This document shows positions 26,265 to 37,715 of a stretch of DNA of 64,000 nt, one piece after another. The stretch comes from Octopus bimaculoides (taxonomy: Eukaryota). The notes under the pieces are model-generated. The model ran no database searches and was not told where the DNA came from. It saw only the letters and a list, made by a program, of their open reading frames with translations. A program made the translations under genes and the position numbers. Positions within the stretch are counted from its first letter, which is position 1, and every line of letters starts with the position of its first letter. The stretch covers positions 47,163,531 through 47,227,530 of the forward strand of contig NC_068988.1 of NCBI RefSeq assembly GCF_001194135.2, given 5' to 3'.

Positions 26265-26458
26265 ATGTACGAAAAAAAGAACAACAGACGAGGACAGGTG
26301 GTGTAAACAACAAAAGGATGTATTAGTTTGACGCTTGGGAATACAGAAAGTCTTTAACGTTTCGAGCTACGCTCTTCAACAGAAAGAATACGGAGAAAAC
26401 AAGGAGAAAACACGGAGAACAAAAAATGAATGGTGTTTGGTCAACGATCTATCATGGC
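26265..26458 (-). mobile_element. Penelope-type terminal-repeat-like sequence (copy 2) with a hammerhead-like motif
   Basis: The minus strand reads TCTTTCTGTTGAAGAGCGTAGCTCGAAACGTTAAAGAC, and the sequence is homologous to 10597-10741. Confidence 0.5.
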
Positions 26459-26547
26459 TTATATATATATATATATATATGCATGTATGTATATATATGA
26501 CATTTTGAATTTAGTTCACAGACCCCCCCCCCCCTACTACCTTTGCA

Positions 26548-26568
26548 GGTTGGGAATCACTGGTCTAC
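26548..26568 (-). mobile_element. Single hAT-like terminal inverted repeat remnant
   Basis: Minus strand CAGTGATTCCCAAC resembles CAGTGGTT-type hAT ends and truncates the adjacent LINE. No mate or 8-bp TSD was found. Confidence 0.3.
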
Positions 26569-26569
26569 A

Positions 26570-26902
26570 GATTTAATATTCTAAAACCTTGCAATCTCAG
26601 ATTTTAAGGTATAGTATTTTTAAACTTTTCGTCTTTCTTCACAATTCTGAAATTAAATGCAAATGATGGATCAATCAGTAAGCACATATGCTTTTCTTTG
26701 TCTATTATTGTAATATACAGTTTGTTATATTCCATCTTCTTATTTGTTTGCACTGGAAAATCCCATAGAATCTTGCATTTTCCTGACTCAAGCACTCTTT
26801 TGTACTTCAAGGGTAAAGTTTTTATACCGAGGACAAAGCTTCCAGTAAAAAACATTCACAACGTGGTCATGCCTCCATTCCTTACATTCTCCCTGGGCCA
26901 AC

Positions 26903-26903
<1 letters not shown>
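26570..26903 (-). mobile_element. R4/Dong-clade LINE fragment: zinc-knuckle/RLE region
   Basis: Translation gives LAQGECKEWRHDHVV..YWKLC, then KILWDFPVQTNKK...IIDKEKHMCLLIDP and KYYTLKSEIARF. Confidence 0.85.
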
Positions 26904-26969
<66 letters not shown>

Positions 26970-26970
<1 letters not shown>

Positions 26971-28740
26971 GTCCTTTCTACTATAGGCACAGGTAAAGAC
27001 GATCTATGCTTGCCTTTGGGTGGTGCATCTTATTGGAAGTCAGCAGCTTACGGATTTTCCTGTCAATCATCCTTATTTCGTCCACATTCCAGTTGAACAC
27101 ATTGAAACTGTAAATATCAATCCGAAACTGCTAAGGAATTTATAGCTAACGCCTTGTTATGTATATTTAACTTGAATTTTAGGATTGCTTGAACTCTCTC
27201 GTAACACTCCTTCCTGATCTTCTGTTTCATACTTGCATGCTGAATGCCAGAGCACTCATTTATTCCGAGGTATTTGTGAGTTAGTTCCTGCTCGAGTTCT
27301 TTTATGACTGTGACAACATCCAACTCCACTGAATGTGAAGTCTTCAATTTTTCTTTCTGGAAAGTGGCTTTGGCACATTTATCAAGACCAAATTCCACCC
27401 CAGTTTCATCACTGAATGCTTTCACAGTACGTAGTAGTCCTTCAAGCTCATTATCGTCTTTGACACAGATTTTTAAGTCATCCATATAAAAGAGATGACA
27501 TTTTTCTTGTCGCTAATTTTTTAATCCCTACCTTGTTCTGTTAAATTCACTTGTAAGGGGTATTAGAGCTATGCAGAAAATTAAAGGTGATCGCAAGTCA
27601 CCTTGGAAAAGGCCGAAGTTGTTATTAATATTTTTTGAGTCCGTACTCCATTAGAGCTGAAGATTCGTATTCCACATTGACATGTGCTTCAGAAAGTTTG
27701 AAATCACAGGAGAAATTTTGAAGATATCCAAAGATTTAAAGATCCATGAATGCGGTATACTGTCGAAGACCTTTTTATAATCAATCCATGCAGAACTGAG
27801 ATTTATGCGTTTGTTATGACAGCTCTCAAGGATCATGCGATTGATTAAGAGTTGGATTTTGCATCCATATGATTCTCGTCGGCAACCCTTTTGTTCAGTG
27901 GGGAAAATATCGTTCTATTCCATAAACTTATGTTTTCTCCACAAGGATGACGTTAAAATGTTCTACGAGGTAGAGAGACATGTTATGGTCCGATACTTTT
28001 GGTGAGATTTGGTTTCTTTATTTTTCGGGTGTAGGTGAATGATACCTCTTGCTAACGAATCAGGTGTTTTCGGAGGATCACTCATAATTTCATTGAATAA
28101 CTGGACTAAATTTTCGTGTGCTCACGGCAGTAAGGCAAGCCAGAAATTCGGCACCCTATCATTACCAGGGGATATCCACTTATGAGCTTTCGTGAGTGTC
28201 ATTCTTAGGTCCATTATCGTGATGTATTCCCATGCTTGTTCTGGTAAGTTGTGCTGGGATCCTTTTGTGTGTCTAATCCAGTCTTTTCATCACTCCAGAT
28301 ATTTTTCCTGAAGTTTCAGCTTCTTCTATGGCAGGTGTGTGTGTGTGGGTCTTCAAAGGTTATTTTCTCCTTCCCTATTTCTCTGTAGAATGTTTTTTGC
28401 ATTGGATGTGAACAGCTTATTTTGCTTGTAAAATTTATTTCTCTTCGCAAATCTTCGAATTATTTGTGCTTTTGCTTGGATTTTTTGTTTTAGTGTTTCT
28501 TTTGCTGAAAGCAGTTCTTCTCTTGGTGAAAATCTATGTTTTCACTTCATCTTTCTCCCTTTTCCAGTTTTTACATAGTTTCCACAGATTAATTCATTCA
28601 ATATTGATATTTCACCTCTCATTATTTCAATCGCTTTTTTTCAATTTTCCTTTTCTAGTTTGGAATTTTTCTAAGGTTTGTATTCCTTTGTTTTTTCAGA
28701 CTGGTTTCAATTGTCTTAGCAGCTGCGTAAATAAATTCAT
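26970..28740 (-). mobile_element. R4/Dong-clade LINE, reverse-transcriptase region (pseudogenised)
   Basis: Motifs SPGNDRVPNFWL, SAWIDYKKVFDSIPHSWI, YMDDLK, EFGLDKCAK, YKYLG-like THKYLG, AINSLAV and HHPKASIDRLYL, with many stops and frameshifts. Confidence 0.92.
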
Positions 28741-28764
28741 TTTATTATTGTTGTTGTTGTTGTT

Positions 28765-28814
<50 letters not shown>

Positions 28815-28815
<1 letters not shown>

Positions 28816-29100
28816 GCCTTTGCACAGCTTCTAACGCTGGAGATGTACTACAGTGTCAGCCTTTCACTGCCAGTGAACTAAGATAACGCCTCTTATTTTT
28901 CGAGCACCATCCGGAGTTTTCAAGCGGTTCCAAGCAGTGCTGTTTTCTGCAAGTGTTCTAACCTTATTGTAATCCCTATATGTTCCACCTACTTCTCGAG
29001 ATTTTTTCTCACTGTTCTCAGGGCTCCGGCATTTATTGATACTACTGTTAACTTTTTCATCGACAACTGCTGAACTTATCAAGCTAACCTGTCATATCTC
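28815..29100 (-). mobile_element. R4/Dong-clade LINE, 5'-truncated 3' end with a (CAA)n tail
   Basis: Translation YDRLA..SMKKLTVVSINAGALRTV..EHLQKTALLGTA*KLRMVLEK*, then a short UTR and (CAA)n (28741-28815 on the minus strand). Confidence 0.85.
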
Positions 29101-29104
29101 TTAA

Positions 29105-29107
29105 ACT

Positions 29108-29171
<64 letters not shown>

Positions 29172-29231
29172 GCTGCTGCTGCTACTACTGCTGCTGCTAC
29201 TATTATTATTATTATCATTATTATTATTATA

Positions 29232-29295
<64 letters not shown>
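29105..29295. repeat. Compound (TAC)n/(TGC)n/(TAT)n microsatellite
   Basis: Directly visible. Confidence 0.95.
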
Positions 29296-29296
<1 letters not shown>

Positions 29297-29319
29297 AATG
29301 ATGAACTAGTAGAATCATT

Positions 29320-29512
29320 AGCATGCTGGACTAAATGCTTAGTGGCTTTTATCTGTGTTTATGTTCTGAGTTCAAATTATGATGAAGTCAACTTTGTTTG
29401 TCATCCTTTTGGGGTTGATGAAATAAGTACCAATCAAGTAATGGGATCAATGTAATCAACTATCCTCTTCCTACCAAATTTCTGGCCTTCTGCCTTAGGA
29501 GAAAGTATCATT
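29320..29512 (+). mobile_element. Degenerate SINE family A copy
   Basis: GTTCTGAGTTCAAATT...TCATCCTTTTGGGGTTGATGAAATAAGTACC...CCTTCTGCCTTAGGAGAAAG. Confidence 0.7.
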
Positions 29513-29580
29513 ATCTCTTAAGCTTTTAGAGTGCAAATATCAAACTTGAACATCAGCCTGACCATTTCTCAGCCCATTAA

Positions 29581-32222
29581 CCCATTAATGCCCGAAATAA
29601 TGATTAAAAAAATTGAATTATTTTGTTACATTCACATACGTTGTATCCTTTCATGTATTGTAGAAGTTCACAACAAAATTTTGTGAATATTATAGTAATA
29701 AAGTGGTCTTTAGACCCATATATTATATCATATGCTGGACATGCAGGGTTTAAATTTTGAAATAAGGATGAAGTAAAAAAATATTTTAATCTCATTTATT
29801 TTTTTACAAAAAATTTCTAATGACAAGTAAATATAATATTTCTAAGAGGAATACCATTTATTGATGAAAATGAAGAAAGCATGTGTCAGGACGTAGGCCT
29901 ACATTGAATTTAATGCAAACAAATTTGGTGCATTTTCCACAAGCTGCGCATCGTCTTTGAGTTTCAATTTTGTTGACAGGGTCTCTGTTATCGAATCGTG
30001 CCACTTGCGGAACTTGCTTCTTTGTTTTAGGAAGTACCGCTCTTTCGTTTTCTAAATCTGGTATAGCAATCAATGCAGTAACTATTTGCCTTGTAAATTC
30101 CAGTAGAGAAATATTCATCTGAATGCAGCGGAAAAGAATCCAGAAATTTACTATGCTTCCATTGAGGAAAAATCTAAACAGAGGCCAATATAATGTTCTT
30201 GATCGTATTCTAATTTGATAATGACCTCTCAATTTGTCAAATAGATCGACACCTCCCATTTGTTTGTTATACAGCTTCACAATATTTGTTTGAAGTACAA
30301 ATACTCTATTTCTCTCAGATTTTTTTCCATCGTTTACAGCTGTCAATATCAGAAACCTTCTCATCTTTCAAATTGGTTACAAGATTTGCTTGGTTATTAT
30401 CATGCCATCTTAGCAGAGTAATTCCATTCTCCTTATCCTCAACTGCACAGCAAGTGGTTCGCGCTGCATTGCTTATATCCTGTAGCGGTGTTCTATCATT
30501 TCTAATAGTCCCAACACAAAAGAGACCATTGTTTGATAAGGCATCCATCAAAGGTAGAACATTGCAATAGTTGTCCGTATAAATGCATGATCCTACTGGT
30601 ACAAATTTTAAACAATTTTTCGGTAACTGAAGAATCAAGTGTTTTAACTGTAATTTTGTCTCCTTCACCTGTGTAAGAAACCATCTATTCTGCAAGGCAC
30701 CAAAACTTGAAGCCACACTATGATGCCCATAATAAGGCTCCGTTGTTTCATCAAGGGAAAAATGGTTAGCCATTGATTCTACAAAGTGGCAAAATTTATC
30801 ATAAGTGATCTAAAAGTGGCCTAACCTTAACACAAGGATCGGGTTTACTGTTGTCATTGAAATGCAGATATTGATGTATTTTCTCAAGCGTATTTCCAGA
30901 CATTGCATGAGTAACTAAATGGTTGTTTGTATCGGATCTAGTCTCCCAATTCTTCTACAGTGTAGTTTATTGTAACCCGACAATAGAAGAATTCTAAAAT
31001 GCTTGTAAAAATCCTCAACAGACAAAGTAAACTGCAAATCTCATTTTTACGCGGCTTATTTAACAGTTTCTCTGCAAATACGATTCATAATATCTTTAAA
31101 GAAGCATTCATTGAAGACGTCACTTGGCTCAAACTTGTCCCTAAATTTTGTTGCAATCGAAGCTTCAGTTACACTGGATTCACAATCATACTCTGCAGAG
31201 GACAATTTCAATGGTCTATTATTCCATTTGCGAGAACTTTTCTTTTCGCGTGAACAGTGCTTCTTAGCAGAGCTTGGTGTCACCTTGTCTACATCGAGAA
31301 CCTCAACACCAGCTTTACTATAGGCTCTAATCTCACCTTTCTCTGCAAGAATACCTCTACCAATGTCTCGCAAATTTGCTGAAGATTCTTCGCAGTCACT
31401 TGAAGCATCATCTTTATCTGAATCGTCGTCATCATTTAATGGATGAATGAAGTACCAGTTGAAGCTCATCAGCATTATCAAGTTCTTCAATAAAAAGTGC
31501 AGTATCATCACCAGATTCGATTGTATTTTGGATTTCTCCAGTGTCTCTTTCACCATCAAATTTTCTCGTAGACATATTTAACGGTCTAGAAACAATAATT
31601 AGATATATATATTTCACTTGCACTTATGAAAACATTAGTTTGCTAGTAAACAGGCTATTTTTTAATGAAGAAAATAAATAATAGATATAGAAAATTTAAG
31701 ATTCAAGATCAAAATATTTTAGCTTACAACTGTTTTAAAGTTTTTTTTTGGGGGGGGGGGGTTAGTGTTAACAGAATTAATGATTGTATGTCCCAACCTG
31801 GTAAACTTCATTTTGAATGAAATGTACATGCGAATACATAGCGTATGTTTTAACATACGCACATATACAAACGTTAATAAATCGAAACTTTATTTATGTA
31901 GATTACCGAGACATGTTTGGTTTGCAAAAGTAATGTATACTTAATAAAAAAAATACAAAAGCAAAATGAAATATTACAAAATATTTAAAGCATACAAATA
32001 AAAAAAGTTACCACGAGTAGCACGTCTTCCTCACTTCAAAATTTGACACTAGAAGACATGAGTCTAGTACAATGTATAAATGATTAAAGTATGGCTTTGA
32101 TGCCAAATATTACTAGATAAATTATTCTTTATCTTCAGAAAGATTTATGAAATTATTTTATATGAATATTTCCGTCTGAAACAAAAAAGCGTATGATAAC
32201 TCATAAGCTGGGCATTAATGGG
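29581..32222 (-). mobile_element. Full-length piggyBac DNA transposon (2,642 bp)
   Basis: Perfect 13-bp TIRs CCCATTAATGCCC (29581-29593) and GGGCATTAATGGG (32210-32222), TTAA at 29577-29580 and 32223-32226, and an internal transposase remnant. Confidence 0.95.
29858..31575 (-). pseudogene. piggyBac transposase (DDE_Tnp_1_7 type, PGBD2/PGBD3-like), frameshifted
   Basis: Fragments: acidic N-terminus (HPLNDDDDSDKDD), YLHFNDN..KVRPLLDH, SLDE..PYYGHH, YTDNY, VGTIRNDR, YNKQMGGVDLFD..Y.I.IRS..YWPLF, and a C-terminal Cys-rich RRCAACGKCTKFVCIK. Split over several frames. Confidence 0.92.
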
Positions 32223-34789
32223 TTAAATGCTTAAGTGATAAATTTCTCCTGGTTAGAATACTTATGTAGTTCAGGAAATGAAATATTCCCAGATCATCTT
32301 GTTCACAACAACTAAGTGAACTGAAGCAATTAATGATAAATTGATCCTTATGCTACAACTATCAGGAACATATTAAACTATCTACAGTAAATTTGATCTT
32401 TGACTTTTGTATGGAACAAACAAGAAACTAATATGGAGTTGTAGTTATGCCATGGGTAATAATATATATTATTCAGAGATTAAGAAATTAATTACTTCTC
32501 ATAGAAAATGCTTCTTCTTCATTCTTCTTTGGCAAATATAATTTTGGCTAGAAGAACTGATGCTATAAGATACTGCCCAATGATCATTGGGCGTTTTGAC
32601 CCTGAACAACAACAGCCACCCATTGGTCGGTCAGCAGGGATGGCCAAGTTATTGCCCATCTTCTCCTATGCTATTCTGCCCTAATTAGCAATATGTAGTC
32701 TTCAATATACGTGTTGAAATAGAGATGAATTAATTTAATTTTGAAATTAGATAAATTCAGAGTACCACTGAAAAAAAACAATAAAATTAAGTTGTTAATA
32801 AAATTCATAATGCTTAGATCATTGAGAAAATTAATTACAAATAATTACCATGTTAGGCAAAAGGACATTAGACACAGCCTAAAGCTATTCTCTGGTTCTG
32901 AGACACTTAATTAGACATCGCCAGTAAAATATAACTTTTAGATTACTTAGTAGAGCAGTTAGTAAGTAAAATATACGAGATTGTATATTGGCAGCTGTGG
33001 GAAAGCAGAATTCTTCAGAGAATAAATAATTCACAAGCACAAATAGTTTTGGTCACTTTACCATTACAAAAAGTTACTGTAATATTGGAATAACATATCA
33101 AAAGGTCAGTAATTTGTATTCCATCTCTGGTATTGCATTGTGTCAGCTCCCAATTGCTTAGTCAAACAAGCTGTAGGTAGGTTCACAGGGTGACATATGA
33201 TAGTTCATTGTTGTAAGCAGCCACACAGTAAAATTGATAAGTATTTCACATGGATTTCAAGTGTGGACGAAAAAGTCTTTGATAGACTAGCATCTCATCC
33301 AGTATAAAGTTTATATCTCATGTACTGAACTCAGTAAAGTACCAATCAGATACTGAAGACAATTTCATTTCTCACTTTTTTCTGAATTGCTTACATAAAC
33401 AGGTCAAGAAAAGAGTATTTTTATCATGGCTCCACAAATCCATTCACTATGATTATGCAAACTTGACCAGAAAGGCAGAAACCAGAGATAACCTTCAGTA
33501 TTAAGGATTCTAGTTTAAAAGAATGATTAGTAAATAAGTATATCTTTATCACCTTAAGCAAGAACCTTCACTTTGCTCCTGAATATTTAATACTGCAGAG
33601 ATGCTTGCAGATTATTCTTTTATTTACATTTTTTATTAAAGACTTTTCTTTCTCCTTAGGCAAGCTACTTCGTTCTTCTTATTTGCTAAGCAACAGACTT
33701 GGAATCTTTGGCTATCCTAATTCTGTTATGTTCATAAACAACCATTACTCGATTTATCATAGAACAGTGCTTGACGTTAAATGAATTTAACTCACTTATA
33801 TCATTCTGCTCTCCTCAATAGCTGTTGGGTGATGACAACAGTTAAGTTACTTGCTTCATTGGATTGATTCCAGGGCACATCTGCATGACACTTCACTCTG
33901 ATTCTGTCAGTAGATGTACGTTTTCAATGTAAGATTTATCATCCTTTATTGGTTCTCTGATAGATTTATGAACATATTCAGAAATTTGTGTGTTTAGGTA
34001 ATGCACTATCTTCAACACATCTCATAAGCTATTCATTTAGGAAGGTAGATTTATGACTTAAAGGTTTGTGCGCTTATATTCTTCTAGGGAGATTGCTTTA
34101 TTATTTTTTTAAGTGTGAACGAAACATTTTATATAATGGAAAAGAAGAAGAAAACTCTAGTCCAAACTCCTCCCTGCACAGGAACATATTCTATTTTATG
34201 CATTTTACAATATATTTACCTCAGTATATAGCAAGCCAGAATATTAGAATTCATCAAAAAATGACTAGAAAGCATGCTGTGAATGGGTGACAGCTTTTAC
34301 AGTTTTGGAAATATATGAGATTCAGATGAGAAAAAAATCAATACTTCTCTCACAAATTGCTGATAACCTGTGGGTATTTTGGGTTCAGCTTTCTTATGGA
34401 TGTCTCCCTGTATATAAATGTAATGAATGAAATCTAAGATTCCTGAGGAAGAGAAAATTAACATATCCCATTCGTGCAGCGTGTAAGAGCATGAACTAAT
34501 TCTTTATTTTATTGATATTATTTTCAGTTTGTGTCATAATTTAAGAACAACAGCGTCGTTCATTGGTTACGGGTTCTAACAGCCTAATCATTGGTTTCCT
34601 GCATTTTGGATGGTGAGAGTGACAAGGGGGTATTTCTGTTTTAGTAAACTATTTTTGAAGAGTACTATAGCTTATTACTACTGATGATTATATCTTTGTT
34701 GATATATAGCTTACAAACGGGTGGACATACAGTTAGAAATGTGCGCACGCGCAAAACACACACACAGACACACAAGCACACATATATAA

Positions 34790-34942
34790 ATGTGTGGTGT
34801 GGTTAAGAAATTTGCTTCACAAGTATGTAGTGTCAGGATCAGTTTTGCAGCTAGAAACCTTAGGCAAGTGTTTTCTACAATTGCCCTCTCCATGATGAGC
34901 GATGCTTTGTAAGTGACCTTGGACGTCAGAAACTGTATTAAG
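34790..34942 (+). mobile_element. Degenerate CORE-like SINE family D copy (host of the next insertion)
   Basis: GTGTGGTTAAGAAATTTGCTT...CCTTAGGCAAGTGTTTTCTAC...GTAAGTGACCTTGGACGTCAGAAACT. Confidence 0.6.
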
Positions 34943-35172
34943 GCCGCGAGCTGGCAGAAACGTTAGTACGCCGGGTGAAATGCTTAACGATATTTCGTCT
35001 GCTGTTACGTTCTGAGTTCAAATTCGGCCGAGGTCGACTTTGCCTTTCATCCTTTCGGGGTCGATTAAATAAGTACCAGTTACGCACTGGGGTCGATATA
35101 ATCAATTTAATCCGTTTGTCTGTCCTTGTTTGTCCTCTCTGTGTGTAGCCCCTTGTAGGCAGTAAAGAAATA
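34943..35172 (+). mobile_element. Full-length SINE family A (AAAGAAATAAG-tail subfamily) with a 15-bp TSD
   Basis: AGAAACTGTATTAAG occurs at 34928-34942 and 35173-35187. Confidence 0.92.
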
Positions 35173-35204
35173 AGAAACTGTATTAAGTTTATTGGAAATA
35201 ATTG

Positions 35205-35265
<61 letters not shown>

Positions 35266-36261
35266 GTCATCATCAGTATCATCTTCATCGTCATCAACTC
35301 CATCCTCATCATCCTCATTATCATCGTCATCGTCGACATCTTCGTCATCATTGCTTTAACATCTAATTTTCTATGTCTGCATGAGTCAGATAAGAGCATG
35401 GGGAGGTAGAGTTCCCTATGGTCAATTGCCCTTGTTAGTGCCAAGCTTCATCTCTTTCCAAGCGAGCTAGTAATACCTATTTAATCGAAGAACAAAGAAC
35501 ATGATTTTGCTGTGGATTGCAAACAAATGACATCAAGCTTGAAAAAGTGTGGTACTTTGCTTATATGAGATTATATATGAAAATGAGAATTATTTCATAT
35601 TTACATAACTATCTAGATATATACACGTGTTTGTGCGCGCGCGCGTGTGTGCGTGCGTTTATACATATACATAGACATATACGCATGCATGCATACAAAT
35701 GTACGTACATACAATCATATAATCAGTCAGTTGCTCATACATCTGAAAAAGTCCACTCTGAAGATTTGTGGGAGGGGTAGTTATGCTTTATGTAGTCATT
35801 CGTTATGGCCAATCAGAATGTTACCATTGGTTTCATGTCTATTATTGCTCTTAACAATATCGGTAACTCATAGACCTGCTGCCCACGGGCAGATAACTTC
35901 TTTATTAATAGTGCTAAGTATACTCCCAGTTAGCAAGATTTGATAAAAAAAACCTTGAATTGAAATTCTTCAAAACAGAAACCCCTTCTTGGCGAGATGG
36001 AGTTGGCTCCCTTCAAACAGTTCTAGTTGTGTCCGAAAAGAGTTAGTTTATGTAGTTTCCATTGACAAGTCAGCAAGCGGCAGAAATTCATGTCTCCAAC
36101 ACAAATTTTCTCTCATAAGGGCATCGAATAAACACTTCACTTTTTGAATTTAGGAAAGCCATTCGATCGAACGAATTTTTAAAAGATCCCTGCTCTCTCA
36201 ATTCTTATCTGAGTCATGCTACTATAGTATAAATGTACAATAAATAAATGAGAAAACTGTC

Positions 36262-36262
36262 T

Positions 36263-36338
<76 letters not shown>

Positions 36339-37018
36339 CCATCATCATCTTCGTCATCGTCATTCATACTTCTATTTTTACGTGCTGACATGGGTTGGAC
36401 AGTTCAACAGAAGCTGATTACCCAGGGGACTGAGCCAGGCTCCGGTAGCTGCTTTGGTATGATTTCTACAGTTGGATGCCCTTTCTTATGCTAACCAATT
36501 TACAGAATATACTGGATCGCTTTTATGAGGGAACAGCATCAACAAGGCCCCCAAGTAAATTTCAAGGCAAAGAATCCTCAACTGAGGTGGGAGGAATCCT
36601 ATTGAGGAAGGCTGCTTTGTACTAGGTGATGAGAAGATAAAGTATGACAGACCGAAAATTGTGTCTTGCAGTAGACGAGCGAGATACATAACTACTCAGT
36701 TGGAAAACAGGAGAGATGAACCAAAAGAAAAGAACTGAAAGAAGCCAGTGACATCAGTTTGGATAACAAAGGGCAAGGGTGCGGCAGTAGTAGACCAAGA
36801 AAATTATAGAAAGCCATACAACATCATCATCATCATCATCATCGTCATCGTTGTCGTCGTTGTCAGCAACATTTAACGTCCGTTTTCCATGCTGACATGG
36901 GTTGGATGGCTTGAGAAGAACTGGCAAGGCCAAGGGCCGCATCAGATTCCATAGTCTGTTTTGGATTCGTTTCTATGACTTGGATGACCTTCCTAACGCC
37001 AATCGCTCTACAGAGTGT
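36262..37018 (-). mobile_element. Two degenerate SINE/RTE-tail elements with (ATG)n tails (36262-36700 and 36815-37018)
   Basis: (CAT)n followed by TTTAACGTCCGTTTTCCATGCTGACATGGGTTGGA and TTGGATGCCCTTTCTTATGCTAACCA / TGGATGACCTTCCTAACGCCAATC. A plus-strand 3' piece also occurs at about 49768-49812. Confidence 0.65.
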
Positions 37019-37343
37019 TTTATTTATTTATTTTTATTTATGCGCCTTTTTTGAAGCCTAGCCAGGCTCATGGGTCCGGTTTCCCGGTTTCTATGGCGTA
37101 TGTGTTCCCCCCACCCAGATGGACGGGACGCTAGTCCATCGCAGCTTTACTCAAGAAACAGGAAGAAAGAGTGAAAGAAAGTTGGGGCGAAAGAGTACAA
37201 CAGGGGTCGCCACCACCCCCTGCCGGAGCCTTGTGGAGCTTTAGGTGTTTTCGCTCAATAAACACACACAACGCCCGGTCTGGAAATCGAAACCGCGATC
37301 CTTCGACCGCGAGTCCGCTGCCCTAACCACTGCCCTAACCACT
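37019..37343 (-). mobile_element. tRNA-derived SINE, head B + tail Y (OR2-like)
   Basis: Same head as 24490 and 56185, but the 3' part is GCTGCGATGGACTAGCGTCCCGTCC...GGAACACATACGCCATAGAAACCGG...AAAAAGGCGCATAAATA. Confidence 0.85.
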
Positions 37344-37574
37344 TCTTACCACATAGTCACTTCTACGCCTGGAGATTGTTATTATCCATTTCAGTACAAA
37401 GCAAACACTGATTAAACATGGTCTAAACTGAATTTACCAAATATAACTTTATCCTTATTACCAGCAATGAACCAATAACGGTGGTCAGTTAACCTGCTAG
37501 AAACAGTAGCCAAATAGCCCTTAAATCATATGCTACTATCTTAATTAAGAAAAGGATACATTACATAATAGTTT

Positions 37575-37715
37575 CAAATGTTGGTACAAGGTCAGCAAGT
37601 TATCAAGTGCTGAGATGGTACTTATTTTATCGACCTCGAAATGTTGAAAGGCAAAGTCGTCCTCGGCGGAGTTTGAACTACCACCGAGCATTTTTCCCAG
37701 TGTGCTAACGATTCA
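37575..37715 (-). mobile_element. Degenerate SINE family A copy
   Basis: GGTACTTATTTTATCGACCTCGAAATGTTGAAAGGCAAAGTCGTCCTCGGCGGAGTTTGAAC. Confidence 0.7.

Noticed and set aside
33560-34000. RTE-like reverse transcriptase relics (also about 37900-38090 and 38700-38930)
   Set aside because: Only faint motif echoes with many stops; too degraded to call without alignment.
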